A stretch of 58,144 nt of DNA from a virus. Taxonomy: Duplodnaviria > Caudoviricetes. The position numbers and the translations under genes were made by a program. The notes under the pieces are model-generated. The model searched no databases, was not told where the DNA came from, and saw only the letters and a program-made list of their open reading frames with translations. How positions within the stretch are numbered: position 1 is the first letter of the stretch; each line of letters starts with the position of its first letter. Below, piece by piece: positions 8,949-17,471 of the stretch. The stretch lies in IMG/VR virus record IMGVR_UViG_3300022591_000010, positions 1-58,144 of that record. The stretch is one strand, 5' to 3'.

Positions 8949-9114
8949 CTGCCATCAAGTTTCTGGCATGCTTTTCATACTTCTCATTGCGGCAGTATGG
9001 GCATAGTCCATCATCGCTGTACATAGCTTCTAGCGGAGTCATAGGGTACCCACACTTCTTACATGGCAAAGTACCATCATAGACAGTTAGAGTTGAAACA
9101 TCATCCATAGCCAT
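8938..9114 (-). CDS. 58-aa C4 zinc-finger protein
   Basis: Manual translation MAMDDVSTLTVYDGTLPCKKCGYPMTPLEAMYSDDGLCPYCRNEKYEKHARNLMADDR*. Confidence 0.7.
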   Translation of the reverse strand: MAMDDVSTLTVYDGTLPCKKCGYPMTPLEAMYSDDGLCPYCRNEKYEKHARNLMADDR

Positions 9115-9115
9115 A

Positions 9116-9481
9116 TTACCACACCGATTCCGAAATGTTGCGAGCCGTTCCTTGATACGAGCCCTTTTCTCCTGTAAAGTCTACACGAGTTGGCTGGAAG
9201 GTTGAGTTGACGTCCATGACATCCTCAATACCTAGCTCACGACTACGATATCCGTAACGTGGAGGAAATAGTTGAATCTGAGGTAGTGGTGGGCGAACTA
9301 AGTCCGTAAGTAGAGCTGCTGGGATAGTTGCGGCTTTAAGAGCGCGAGCCATAAATGCCTCTTGAGCATTTGCAAATGGCCCCATAAAGTCATAGCGAAG
9401 TAGCGATGGATCCGGATCCTCATTAGTGATAGGACGGCCCTTACTATGATCATAGACTCCGTCTTGCTTATCCATTTTCAC
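9116..9481 (-). CDS. Hypothetical protein
   Basis: ORF with SD AGGAG. Confidence 0.65.
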   Translation of the reverse strand: MKMDKQDGVYDHSKGRPITNEDPDPSLLRYDFMGPFANAQEAFMARALKAATIPAALLTDLVRPPLPQIQLFPPRYGYRSRELGIEDVMDVNSTFQPTRVDFTGEKGSYQGTARNISESVW

Positions 9482-9890
9482 TCCTATGCATCTTGTCGTG
9501 AGCTAGAGCATCTTTAATAGGTACGTCAAGATTACACGAATCGCAATGCAGTGTTCCTACACCGTTAACGTAGTCATCTGATTTTATAGTAGGTGCATTA
9601 GTAACCGCGTTGTTGCCCTGTTGAGTCAATTTGTCTCTTAAAGCATGAATAGCATCTTTAGGATAGTACAGGTCATGGCGTAAGTTACCTTTAGAATCCG
9701 GTAGTCCCTTTTTTCTACGCTCTACAGGAATTCTTTCCACTCGTGTTAAAGAATGTACAGTATCTGGATGTAGCCCAAGAAGTTGTGCCACTTCTCTATG
9801 ATTATAGAAACCTTCATTTGATCGTGCTTGATCTAATGTAGGACGCTTGCCGGTTCTAGGACGGCCGCCTTTATTCTTAGGCTGGTCCAT
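9468..9890 (-). CDS. DNA-binding protein: AT-hook-like N-terminus, excisionase/MerR-like HTH, C-terminal C2H2 finger
   Basis: GGRPRTGK; YNHREVAQLLGLHPDTVHSL; CDSC...HDKMH. Confidence 0.6.
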   Translation of the reverse strand: MDQPKNKGGRPRTGKRPTLDQARSNEGFYNHREVAQLLGLHPDTVHSLTRVERIPVERRKKGLPDSKGNLRHDLYYPKDAIHALRDKLTQQGNNAVTNAPTIKSDDYVNGVGTLHCDSCNLDVPIKDALAHDKMHRSENG

Positions 9891-10119
9891 AGCGCTTCTT
9901 AAACTTATTCTCTAGCATACCCATCTTAAGATGTGTACTTAATCCCATTTTAGCTTCCATGCCTCGTGAGATAGCCTCATTACACCAAGCACAGGTGTCA
10001 CCGTGTCCAAAATCTTTATGAGATGCTTGTCCAGTCTTAACATACTCATCAAGATGTACTTGATCCCAATCAGGGTTGTCCGGTAAAAAGTTATGATCTT
10101 CTTGCATGATTACTGCCAC
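9877..10119 (-). CDS. Small hypothetical protein with His/Cys motif
   Basis: H...H....H...CAWC. Confidence 0.55.
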   Translation of the reverse strand: MAVIMQEDHNFLPDNPDWDQVHLDEYVKTGQASHKDFGHGDTCAWCNEAISRGMEAKMGLSTHLKMGMLENKFKKRYGPA

Positions 10120-10655
10120 CGCGGCTTTAAGTGAACAAAGTTTTCAGAGATACGTGGATTAAACTCTGCAGGAACATTGGAAGAAATGTTTGCTTTACCA
10201 TCATTAACAAGGTGTGGTGCTGGAGCTAATGCCATTTTGGGAGCGTTTCTCTTACCCATGTAGACCACTGCCCCGGCAACCTCTTGGACCTTATAGTTTT
10301 TAGATTTGACTCCTCTATCGTCCTCAAGTCCTTCAGGCCAAAGATACTGGGCTGGATCGATTCGTTCTCCACGGTGCACACCACGTTGATAAGCACGTTG
10401 GTTCTGACGATTCTTAAGTGAGTCAAGAACAGTGTCACCAACAGAGTAAGGCTTGCCTTTATCATCACGACGAGTACGAATTGTTCCAAGGTAACCGTCT
10501 GGATATTCTGCTTGAGGAGCACGACCTACACCCATACGCAAGAAGTCCATAGAACTTCGTGGAGTTACAGGAGTACCGCCACCACCTGTGGTAGTGTACG
10601 CACCGATATAACCGCTAGCACCTAAGTACTGCCAGTTTTGGTGTGACTGAGGCAT
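10110..10655 (-). CDS. Hypothetical protein (likely start MPQSH at 10655)
   Basis: SD AAGGAG precedes the ATG at 10655. The longer start in the ORF track runs into the terminator U-tract. Confidence 0.65.
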   Translation of the reverse strand: MPQSHQNWQYLGASGYIGAYTTTGGGGTPVTPRSSMDFLRMGVGRAPQAEYPDGYLGTIRTRRDDKGKPYSVGDTVLDSLKNRQNQRAYQRGVHRGERIDPAQYLWPEGLEDDRGVKSKNYKVQEVAGAVVYMGKRNAPKMALAPAPHLVNDGKANISSNVPAEFNPRISENFVHLKPRWQ

Positions 10656-10701
10656 GTAGTCTCCTTGGATAGTATCTGACTGCTGCCTACAGTATACCCT
10701 G

Positions 10702-10735
10702 AAAAGCAAAAAGCCGGGGGTGTATTCCCCCGGCT
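10702..10735 (-). terminator. Rho-independent terminator after the lysis cassette
   Basis: 9-bp stem AGCCGGGGG/CCCCCGGCT followed by TTTTGCTTTT on the minus strand. Confidence 0.85.
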
Positions 10736-10750
10736 AATTACTTAGTTAAA

Positions 10751-10930
10751 TTACTTAGCAGCAGGCTTTGCCTTGTCAACTACGGCCTTAAGTACTGGGC
10801 CAAGAACACCTACGAGGGCTGCCCATGCAACCTTCTTAATGTCGTGGTTTCCGCCTTGGTAGATGGCTACGCCAGCGGCTGCAGTTGCATAGAGATAATG
10901 CTCTACGAGCACCTTTGTCTTTGAATTCAT
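10751..10930 (-). CDS. Holin-like protein (59 aa, two TM segments)
   Basis: Manual translation MNSKTKVLVEHYLYATAAAGVAIYQGGNHDIKKVAWAALVGVLGPVLKAVVDKAKPAAK*; lies downstream of the endolysin. Confidence 0.65.
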   Translation of the reverse strand: MNSKTKVLVEHYLYATAAAGVAIYQGGNHDIKKVAWAALVGVLGPVLKAVVDKAKPAAK

Positions 10931-10962
10931 TCTATGTTCCTTTTCTCAGGAGCACCTTTTTG

Positions 10963-10985
10963 CCCCCTATTAAATATTGTACCAG
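10963..10985 (-). promoter_or_regulatory. Conserved phage promoter/leader motif, copy 2
   Basis: CTGG-TACAAT-ATTTAATAGGGGG upstream of the holin-like gene. Confidence 0.75.
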
Positions 10986-10994
10986 ATTTATCGG

Positions 10995-11228
10995 CTACTC
11001 GCTAACTTCGAGGTTATTTACATAAGGGGTAATTACGTGAGATTCTTCAGCCACGTTTGGTTTAGAGGTGCTGCTTGTTGGGACAGCTGATCCAGCTAGA
11101 ACTGTAGAGGCTACAGCTACGAGATGCTTTGGGTCCGTTGGGTAGCCCATAGCAGCCCAAGTAGTCATACCTGCTGACCCAGAGATTCCCATCGTAACTG
11201 GGTTGGTGAGGTTTAGTTTGACGCCCAT
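10995..11228 (-). CDS. Small membrane/holin-like protein
   Basis: Two weakly hydrophobic segments; translationally coupled to the endolysin. Confidence 0.45.
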   Translation of the reverse strand: MGVKLNLTNPVTMGISGSAGMTTWAAMGYPTDPKHLVAVASTVLAGSAVPTSSTSKPNVAEESHVITPYVNNLEVSE

Positions 11229-12076
11229 TATTTTTTAGCCTCTGCCACCAATGCTGCATAGGTTACTGGGCCTACGATTCCATCGGCCTTTCCTAGTGAC
11301 GGGTTCTTCTTTTGATACGCTAATACAGCTGCCTCAGTAGCAGCATCAAAGGTAGTGTCAGCCACAGTCAAAAGCTTTAGCTTAACCAAACCCTGTTCAA
11401 TAACAAAGACAGCCTGGTTTTTAGCACCGATAACAAAGCTACCAGTTCCTGGGAATGCTGGAGCATTAATAGTTGTAGTAGGTTTTGTAGTTGCTGGAGT
11501 TGTAGTATTAACTACCGCTGCTCCACCTCCTGCAACAGCTGTAGCTCCTGCAACAGCTCCTGCAACCTTCTTGTTCTGTGACAATGCTGATGTTGGCTTT
11601 GTTGTTACAGGGTACTTAGGACGAGCAATAGCCATAACGTTTAGATATGGACGATGGCGTAACCAAACACCGTCGCCATTAGCTTGGCTTCCGATCTTAT
11701 GATCAGCGCTAGTGTTTCCTTCCATAGTAGTGATGCCATCTTTAGAGGCGGCTACAATGATACCAACGTGCTCTGCAGTGTGACCGCTCCAGCTAAAGAA
11801 CACAATGTCACCTGGTTGTCCAGAGTACTTGTCTACAATCTGACCCTTTTTCTGAAACCAAGACAAGCCATCTGGGCAGTATGCAAATCCTTTAGGCGTA
11901 GTGGCTGCAACGATAGAGCTTAGCCCGGCCTGCGCAAAGCACCAGGATACGAACATAGCGCAGTAAGGCGCGTGGTTCATTCCATACCACTCACCGTATT
12001 TATTAGCATTGTTAGGGCCTTCTAAGTACCCGGCCTCTTTACGAGCAAAACTTATAACATCTAAACCGCTGCTCAC
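11228..12076 (-). CDS. Endolysin: CHAP domain plus C-terminal peptidoglycan-binding domain
   Basis: PYCAMFVSWC...PGDIVFF...EHVGI...EGNTS (CHAP); C-terminal ADGIVGPVTY (PG_binding_1). Confidence 0.9.
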   Translation of the reverse strand: MSSGLDVISFARKEAGYLEGPNNANKYGEWYGMNHAPYCAMFVSWCFAQAGLSSIVAATTPKGFAYCPDGLSWFQKKGQIVDKYSGQPGDIVFFSWSGHTAEHVGIIVAASKDGITTMEGNTSADHKIGSQANGDGVWLRHRPYLNVMAIARPKYPVTTKPTSALSQNKKVAGAVAGATAVAGGGAAVVNTTTPATTKPTTTINAPAFPGTGSFVIGAKNQAVFVIEQGLVKLKLLTVADTTFDAATEAAVLAYQKKNPSLGKADGIVGPVTYAALVAEAKK

Positions 12077-12555
12077 TGATAGACCAACCTCTCTGCTAGA
12101 TCTCCTGGAGTTACTAAATCATCTTTCTTATTAATAAGAGTTAACCCTGCTTCACGATAGCAATGGGCTACAAGTTCTGAACAGAACCAGCTCTGGGTGC
12201 TTGCAAGCTTCTTCCAAAAAGCATTAGGGCGTATGAATCTTAACCCTATGATACGGAAAAATAAAGCTGCGATGTCTAGAAAAGCATACGGCTTTCCTAC
12301 TTCTCTGATAGCACGATCAACGATCTCTTCTCTTTGGTATGGTGAAAGAGTGTCGTGCTGATTCCAAGCAATTTTTGGATACTTATTGGCTGGGCTTAGG
12401 GCAACACCACTAGGGTTAGCCTCAACAATTACCCCATCGCCTATGTAGATAAAGGCATGGTTCCAACGAGAAGCTGTGCCTACGCGGATAAGCTTGCCTA
12501 CGATTCCGTTGGTCTTTACAACCCCAAAATCTCCTGGTTGTGGAGTATAGGACAT
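12073..12555 (-). CDS. Permuted papain-like NlpC/P60 protein (YaeF/YiiX family)
   Basis: QPGD...WNHAFIY...GKPY...FCSELVA...TPGDL, with His before Cys. Confidence 0.85.
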   Translation of the reverse strand: MSYTPQPGDFGVVKTNGIVGKLIRVGTASRWNHAFIYIGDGVIVEANPSGVALSPANKYPKIAWNQHDTLSPYQREEIVDRAIREVGKPYAFLDIAALFFRIIGLRFIRPNAFWKKLASTQSWFCSELVAHCYREAGLTLINKKDDLVTPGDLAERLVYQ

Positions 12556-12556
12556 C

Positions 12557-12868
12557 TTAACCTCTATTTAGGGAATGCTCTTCGATATGCTGCTCAAATT
12601 TTCCCTCTAGTTTTGAGACAGTCTGTTGAACTTCTACCTGGTTTTCACGAAGTTCTTGTACTAATGGTAGCACCTGAAGCTTTAACACATCGTTCATAGA
12701 GGACCCGTGATTTGGGGATACTTCGGCTTTAATTACCTTTAGATCCTCCATGCTTTCTTCGATTACATGGTGGATTGCCTTCTTAGCCACAAACCATATG
12801 GCGCTAAGTACACCTGCAGTAACAAAGAAGTAAGAGTAAACAATAGTCGCTAGGTCAGAAGCAGCCAC
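12557..12868 (-). CDS. Membrane protein with coiled coil (lysis/virion accessory)
   Basis: N-terminal TM segment, then an NHGSSM motif and a heptad pattern. Confidence 0.6.
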   Translation of the reverse strand: MAASDLATIVYSYFFVTAGVLSAIWFVAKKAIHHVIEESMEDLKVIKAEVSPNHGSSMNDVLKLQVLPLVQELRENQVEVQQTVSKLEGKFEQHIEEHSLNRG

Positions 12869-12888
12869 AATATCGTCCTTTTAATAGA

Positions 12889-12930
12889 ATAAGCCGGCGT
12901 ATGCACATATTGTGCACTACACCGGCTTAT
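12889..12930 (-). promoter_or_regulatory. Long intergenic RNA hairpin upstream of the lysis cassette
   Basis: Minus strand AUAAGCCGGUGUA-G-UGCACA-AUA-UGUGCA-UACGCCGGCUUAU: about 19 bp with a U.G pair and one bulge. Confidence 0.65.
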
Positions 12931-12947
12931 ATGTATCGCTAAATTAG

Positions 12948-14096
12948 CTATACGTTTGCGTGAATTTCCTGTCCACGGTACATGGTTTTACCCTTATGTA
13001 TATGCACCTGATCAAAGTGGAAGCTGTCGTCGTCCCCATCTTTAAAGAAGATAACGCTTACTCCTTGCTGCCAGTTCTCAAAATACTGTAGAGCTTGGCC
13101 TTTGACATCAACACCGCCCTTAACGGAAGGGACTGCACCGTCAACCCTGCAGAGGCATCCCGGGCTAAAAGAGACACTTTTAATGGCCTGGTCACGATCA
13201 AATACAGTCTTGGATTGCTGTTCCATGCGATGAGTATGACCAAATAACGTAGAGATATTTGGATTCGAATTCGCATATTGTGCAGCCGTTGAGCCAGAAG
13301 AGTTAGCACGATCGCCGTGCACAGCACGTAGGCGCTTATTAATCCAGTGTGCTCCAGCTGGGTAACCATCGATAAACTCCACTCCTAGTTCGTCACAGCG
13401 TAATAGATTCTGCAGGCTTAAAACCGGCCAAGAATCAGGCATGTTGGCTACTTTGAGGCCATATGCCGCAGCAGCATTAGTGTTAATAAAGCGATTGAGA
13501 CGCTTATCGTGATTTCCCTCAAGAAGAATGATGCGGGCATCTGCCCCACCGTTCGCCCTTTGTTCAGCAAGAAAACGATGGCCCCTATTAATAGCGAGCT
13601 GAGCAGTATGAGCAAAGTTAGACTCCTGTTCATATGTTCCAAACATAGGGAGATCTAGGAAGTCACCCAAGTTAATAATCTGGTCTAGTGGATGTCCGTG
13701 ATCTAAGCCTACGATCTGAAGCGCCACATCCATGGCAGCCTCATCATGGAATGGGTCTAGTGTGCCATCCTCATTCTTACGGTACCCAATTTGTGGATCT
13801 GGCAATGCGACAGCAACCTTCCAGCCACTGCTGATCAGAGCAGGGGTCGGGGTTGGTTTTGGATTAATGATTACTGGGTCTGCAGGCTGTACAGGCTGCC
13901 ACTTAGGACCTTCGCTCCACTTAGGAGAGAGGATAATCTTAGTGTCGTCCGGGTTATTAGAAAGACTTACCTTACTAATCTTGCCTACGTCTTCAGGTGT
14001 AAGGCCATTAGCTTTTAGCAGCTTATCGATAGAGCTTAAGCCACTGCTGGCAGAAATTTCTGACTTGGCGGTATTGTAGTTTTCTTCTAGTGACAT
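12948..14096 (-). CDS. Calcineurin-like metallophosphoesterase
   Basis: PDPQ, GDFLD, GNHD, HGD and GHTH motifs. Confidence 0.85.
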   Translation of the reverse strand: MSLEENYNTAKSEISASSGLSSIDKLLKANGLTPEDVGKISKVSLSNNPDDTKIILSPKWSEGPKWQPVQPADPVIINPKPTPTPALISSGWKVAVALPDPQIGYRKNEDGTLDPFHDEAAMDVALQIVGLDHGHPLDQIINLGDFLDLPMFGTYEQESNFAHTAQLAINRGHRFLAEQRANGGADARIILLEGNHDKRLNRFINTNAAAAYGLKVANMPDSWPVLSLQNLLRCDELGVEFIDGYPAGAHWINKRLRAVHGDRANSSGSTAAQYANSNPNISTLFGHTHRMEQQSKTVFDRDQAIKSVSFSPGCLCRVDGAVPSVKGGVDVKGQALQYFENWQQGVSVIFFKDGDDDSFHFDQVHIHKGKTMYRGQEIHANV

Positions 14097-14326
14097 GTGC
14101 ACGTCCCGTTTCTATGCTCTCTTAGAGAGGTTAGTCCGAATGTTGCTCCTGCTGCTTTATAAATATCAAATAGACTTCGTGTAGAGAAGTCGTCATCATC
14201 TAAAGATGTTTTAAATGCGGCTAAATCTTTTTCATTGAGTGAGGTAGACCATGCGCCTACGACACACATCCCAGCCACAAAGGGATTCTTTTCTTTTGCT
14301 TCTGAATACAAATCTTCTAAACTCAT
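14087..14326 (-). CDS. Small hypothetical protein (C...H...CxC), coupled to the phosphoesterase
   Basis: Strong SD AAGGAGG; overlaps the downstream gene. Confidence 0.65.
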   Translation of the reverse strand: MSLEDLYSEAKEKNPFVAGMCVVGAWSTSLNEKDLAAFKTSLDDDDFSTRSLFDIYKAAGATFGLTSLREHRNGTCTCH

Positions 14327-14343
14327 TGCGCCTCCTTGTTTAC

Positions 14344-14384
14344 TTAATAGGGGTTTTTAGGCCCCTATTAAATAGTTTACCACA
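14344..14384 (-). promoter_or_regulatory. Conserved promoter/leader motif, copy 3, with an inverted copy forming a 10-bp inverted repeat
   Basis: TGTGG-TAAACT-ATTTAATAGGGG-CCTAAAAA-CCCCTATTAA. Confidence 0.75.
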
Positions 14385-14386
14385 AA

Positions 14387-14737
14387 TTAGTAAGCAGAGC
14401 TAATTCCACTTTCGAAACCGCCACGCTTCATGACTGGAGGAATGATTGGCGCGTTAGCCAATGTTGCTCCAGCAGCGGGCTCGTTCTGCTTTACAATGCT
14501 TGTAACGATAGTGTGTGCAGCACCGTTACGTTCTGATGCAGACATTGGACGGTTTGGACGAGCAACCCGTGTTCCTGCTGCTGTTGGGTCTCCTGCTTGG
14601 CGGTTGCCCTTAGGCATTACCTTACCTGAAGCTGGCTTTGCTGATGGTGCTGAGAAGGCTGTGCCTCCACGACCCTCTGCAGAGCGACCCTGATTCGTTT
14701 CAGATGCGATTGCTGCATCCATATCTGATTTTGCCAT
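14387..14737 (-). CDS. Low-complexity Ala/Gly/Pro-rich protein
   Basis: 116-aa ORF that fills the gap. Confidence 0.6.
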   Translation of the reverse strand: MAKSDMDAAIASETNQGRSAEGRGGTAFSAPSAKPASGKVMPKGNRQAGDPTAAGTRVARPNRPMSASERNGAAHTIVTSIVKQNEPAAGATLANAPIIPPVMKRGGFESGISSAY

Positions 14738-14783
14738 GTTGGTACCTAACTGTTAGAGGTGAGATCTCATCTCAAATCTTATA

Positions 14784-15062
14784 TTAATTTGCGGTAATTG
14801 TAAAGACAATTGCACTAATCTGTCCGTCTCTTGAATCCACTGTAGTGAATCCTGGTCGGCAGCTTAGATTCATACCACGCGGTGCTACGTAACCACTTGC
14901 AATAGCAATGGCCTTAACCGCTTGGTTAACTGCTGAGGCACCTACGGCGCGTAGATATACCTGAGGCTTTTCATATAGGGCATGGGCAATAGCTGAGCCC
15001 ACTGATTGTGCATTGGATCCTGCGCCTACGCGGAGGAACTTTTCTTCTGTTGATTCAGTCAC
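14784..15062 (-). CDS. spoVS: SpoVS-family (Alba-like) nucleic-acid-binding protein
   Basis: LRVGAGSNAQSVGSAIA...AVGASAVNQAVKAIAIASGYVAPRG...PGFT matches the SpoVS signature (GAGALNQAVKAVAIARGFVAPSG). Confidence 0.9.
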   Translation of the reverse strand: MTESTEEKFLRVGAGSNAQSVGSAIAHALYEKPQVYLRAVGASAVNQAVKAIAIASGYVAPRGMNLSCRPGFTTVDSRDGQISAIVFTITAN

Positions 15063-15139
15063 GATTTGTAGTCCTTTAGGTTCGATTATTGGTCGCCCAC
15101 CTAGGTCCTACAATACCCTTTAAACGGCCGTCAGTACGG

Positions 15140-15487
15140 CTATAAGCCGTTTTTATCTCGAAGTCGGATAAGAAGGTCAACCCAGACCTGAGCGGGCATA
15201 GTGGCGTACCACTGGCCTACATCGGTAGTGCCCTTCTTCTTATGGATGACTACGCCGGTCCATGCCCCATCGTTCTTCATCTCGGTCTCAAGCTCTTTGA
15301 GCCACTCAGAAAGCTTCATGGCAGACTGGTTCTTAATTTCAATAGTAACTCCAGGGATTCCGGAGACATCCCCCTTATCCAGGGCGGCTCCAGCTAGCCT
15401 GCGGTCCACGTAGGGGAACCACTGTTTAAGCCATGCCACAACAGCACGCTCAGCGCCGCTTCCCTTTGCTTTAGCCGGGTTGCTCAC
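15140..15487 (-). CDS. Hjc-type Holliday junction resolvase / PD-(D/E)XK nuclease
   Basis: KAKGSGAER...GDV...IEIKN. Confidence 0.8.
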   Translation of the reverse strand: MSNPAKAKGSGAERAVVAWLKQWFPYVDRRLAGAALDKGDVSGIPGVTIEIKNQSAMKLSEWLKELETEMKNDGAWTGVVIHKKKGTTDVGQWYATMPAQVWVDLLIRLRDKNGL

Positions 15488-15720
15488 TTCTCACCCCTAG
15501 CGATAGCGGCGGCTTCACCACAAGGCGCACAAACAATCCAAGGAGCGCCGTCTAGTTCAGGGTCAAAGTCGTGACATTTTTCTATGCACTTCGCCTCAAT
15601 CTCCCGCGCTATCTGCTCGCGGAGTTCTTGAATCTGTACGGCCACTGTTTTTTCAATTTTCTTAGGACCTTGTAGTCCTAATTCTTCATCTGTAAACAAT
15701 GGTAGTTGTTCCCAGGTCAT
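15484..15720 (-). CDS. Hypothetical protein
   Basis: LREQIAREIEA...C..C..AAAIARG; ATGA/GTGA overlaps with neighbours. Confidence 0.6.
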   Translation of the reverse strand: MTWEQLPLFTDEELGLQGPKKIEKTVAVQIQELREQIAREIEAKCIEKCHDFDPELDGAPWIVCAPCGEAAAIARGEK

Positions 15721-16196
15721 GTTGTATACCTCCGTTGTCGTGATCGTAATCCGCCATCTGAAGTGCGGCGGGTAAGCTCTCTGGACACTACGTTAGCATC
15801 CCTCTCAATGTTTTGAGTTCTAGTCTCAATGATCTTACGAAACGCATACTTAGTATCGTAGTCATATGTGAGATTTTGAATCTCTTTTGACCCTTGGATC
15901 TGAGCCTTTATTAAAGTTACCTTATCGTCCTTAGTTCCTGTCCAACTCCTGAGCAAGGCTAGAGACTCTGCAGTCTTTAAGGCACTCTCTGCCTCACGCT
16001 CGTTAACCACAGCAATAGCAAAGGCACCGGCTAGGTGGTCATTCCACTGAGTGTATTGAACGAATAGATCCATGAGACCCTCGTCATCCAGCTCAGTGAT
16101 ATCACGTGGAAGAGAAGGGATGTCGTACTCAGGCTTGGGAGTAAGAGCAAACCCCAACTCATTGAGAGCCTCTACTACTTTAGTGCTTATACTCAT
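15717..16196 (-). CDS. Helical protein, possibly a UvsY-like recombination mediator
   Basis: All-alpha coiled-coil pattern within the recombination cluster. The function is inferred from context only. Confidence 0.4.
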   Translation of the reverse strand: MSISTKVVEALNELGFALTPKPEYDIPSLPRDITELDDEGLMDLFVQYTQWNDHLAGAFAIAVVNEREAESALKTAESLALLRSWTGTKDDKVTLIKAQIQGSKEIQNLTYDYDTKYAFRKIIETRTQNIERDANVVSRELTRRTSDGGLRSRQRRYTT

Positions 16197-16618
16197 TGAT
16201 TGACCCCAAATGTTGTGCTGGTAGTTGTTACGGTGCCTGAATTATAATACCGCTTTAGATCCTCAAACGTATTAGGATGTACGAATACAGTGTTCCCATA
16301 AGTATTTAGTTTAACCGTGTTGTGTATAGGTGAAGGGCCTGGATCACTAGCCGCCTCTTCTTTGTAAGGGAAGAGAGCTTCTACAACAGCCTTAGCGATC
16401 TCTACTGGAAGATCTTTATGCGAGTCAGGTAGGAAGTCAGCGATCAAGTTTTCAATAGAGGCTGCCCTATCTTCATTTGTTAACTGCTTAGGCTCATCCC
16501 AGTTAAAAGGAGCAGATGGGCGCAGAGTGTTAGCGATATTTGATGCGATCAGATTACTGGCAGCAGCCTGTATATCTTGGAATGCTATGTTGGCTACACT
16601 AGTGCTGGAAAGGCTCAC
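16193..16618 (-). CDS. Hypothetical protein
   Basis: Packed ORF. Confidence 0.55.
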   Translation of the reverse strand: MSLSSTSVANIAFQDIQAAASNLIASNIANTLRPSAPFNWDEPKQLTNEDRAASIENLIADFLPDSHKDLPVEIAKAVVEALFPYKEEAASDPGPSPIHNTVKLNTYGNTVFVHPNTFEDLKRYYNSGTVTTTSTTFGVNQ

Positions 16619-17471
16619 AACGCTTACATCCTTTCATTGGATCTATATTACATACTGGTGGACGGTTATTTTCTGCGGCCCAAGCTACATCACGCGCCTT
16701 CTCAAACAGCTCTGCGGTGTACTCTGGGTTGTACTTTACAACGAACTCTTTATATTCTTGGTTGGCCTTAAGCTCATAGAGAAATACAATCTCCTCAGGA
16801 GCAGTATTTAGTAGGCCTTCCTCCACCATTAGATGGCAAAGGTGTAGGTAGATTTGGCCCTGGAGCTGGTGAGATCTAAGAGGTGTGCGGATGTTCTTCC
16901 AGACTACATCGATATCGTTATTGTATTGAGCCATAAGAGCCGGCATCTCCATACGAATAGTGCCTGTGCCAATAGACTTAATCTCAATGAGGCAATCATC
17001 ACCCAGACCCTTGATCCAGCCATCAGCATGCCCGCGCATCATATGCTTGTCGCTACGTAGAGGGACCTCTGCATACTCAATAACATTCTTAATACCTGCT
17101 AGGTCTTTAGAGGTAGCCCAGGTGTAGTCATTAGTCTTTGGGCTGTACCACTTACCGTACAAGACGCCCATATCTTTAAACCACTTCTGCCACTTAGCGT
17201 GGATAGTGTGGCCCTCAGCAAAGATAGATGCTAGACGTAGTGTAGGCTTGTCTCTAGTCTCTACATAGTTTCCTTTAAGCGCATGATACTGAGCCAGAGC
17301 ACACCACTCTGGCTTGATAATATCTGAGGGATGTATGTAAGACTGATCTCGCTCATCAAACGGCTGTGCAAGTACATGGCGCTCTAAAGCACCAAGCAAC
17401 CGGCTATCACGCTTATTACTGTTTAGAAACGCCTTTAGATCTTTGCTCGGTATTGTCGTCGGCTTTCCCAT
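16599..17471 (-). CDS. Cas4/RecB-like PD-(D/E)XK exonuclease
   Basis: HPSD...C...GHTIH...GHADG...IEIKS...QGQIY...C...CKRC (split 4-Cys cluster). Confidence 0.85.
   Translation of the reverse strand: MGKPTTIPSKDLKAFLNSNKRDSRLLGALERHVLAQPFDERDQSYIHPSDIIKPEWCALAQYHALKGNYVETRDKPTLRLASIFAEGHTIHAKWQKWFKDMGVLYGKWYSPKTNDYTWATSKDLAGIKNVIEYAEVPLRSDKHMMRGHADGWIKGLGDDCLIEIKSIGTGTIRMEMPALMAQYNNDIDVVWKNIRTPLRSHQLQGQIYLHLCHLMVEEGLLNTAPEEIVFLYELKANQEYKEFVVKYNPEYTAELFEKARDVAWAAENNRPPVCNIDPMKGCKRCEPFQH

Noticed and set aside
14757-14773. Palindrome TGAGATCTCA downstream of spoVS
   Set aside because: Single short occurrence with no U-tract and no second copy noticed.
4955-15135. Possible second promoter class (TGACG...GGG-TA) at about 4970, 10700 and 15120
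   Set aside because: Spacing and sequence are too inconsistent to define a motif by eye.
16599-17471. Cas4-like gene as evidence of CRISPR-Cas
   Set aside because: No repeat-spacer array or other cas genes are seen. Solo Cas4-like nucleases are common in phage recombination modules.
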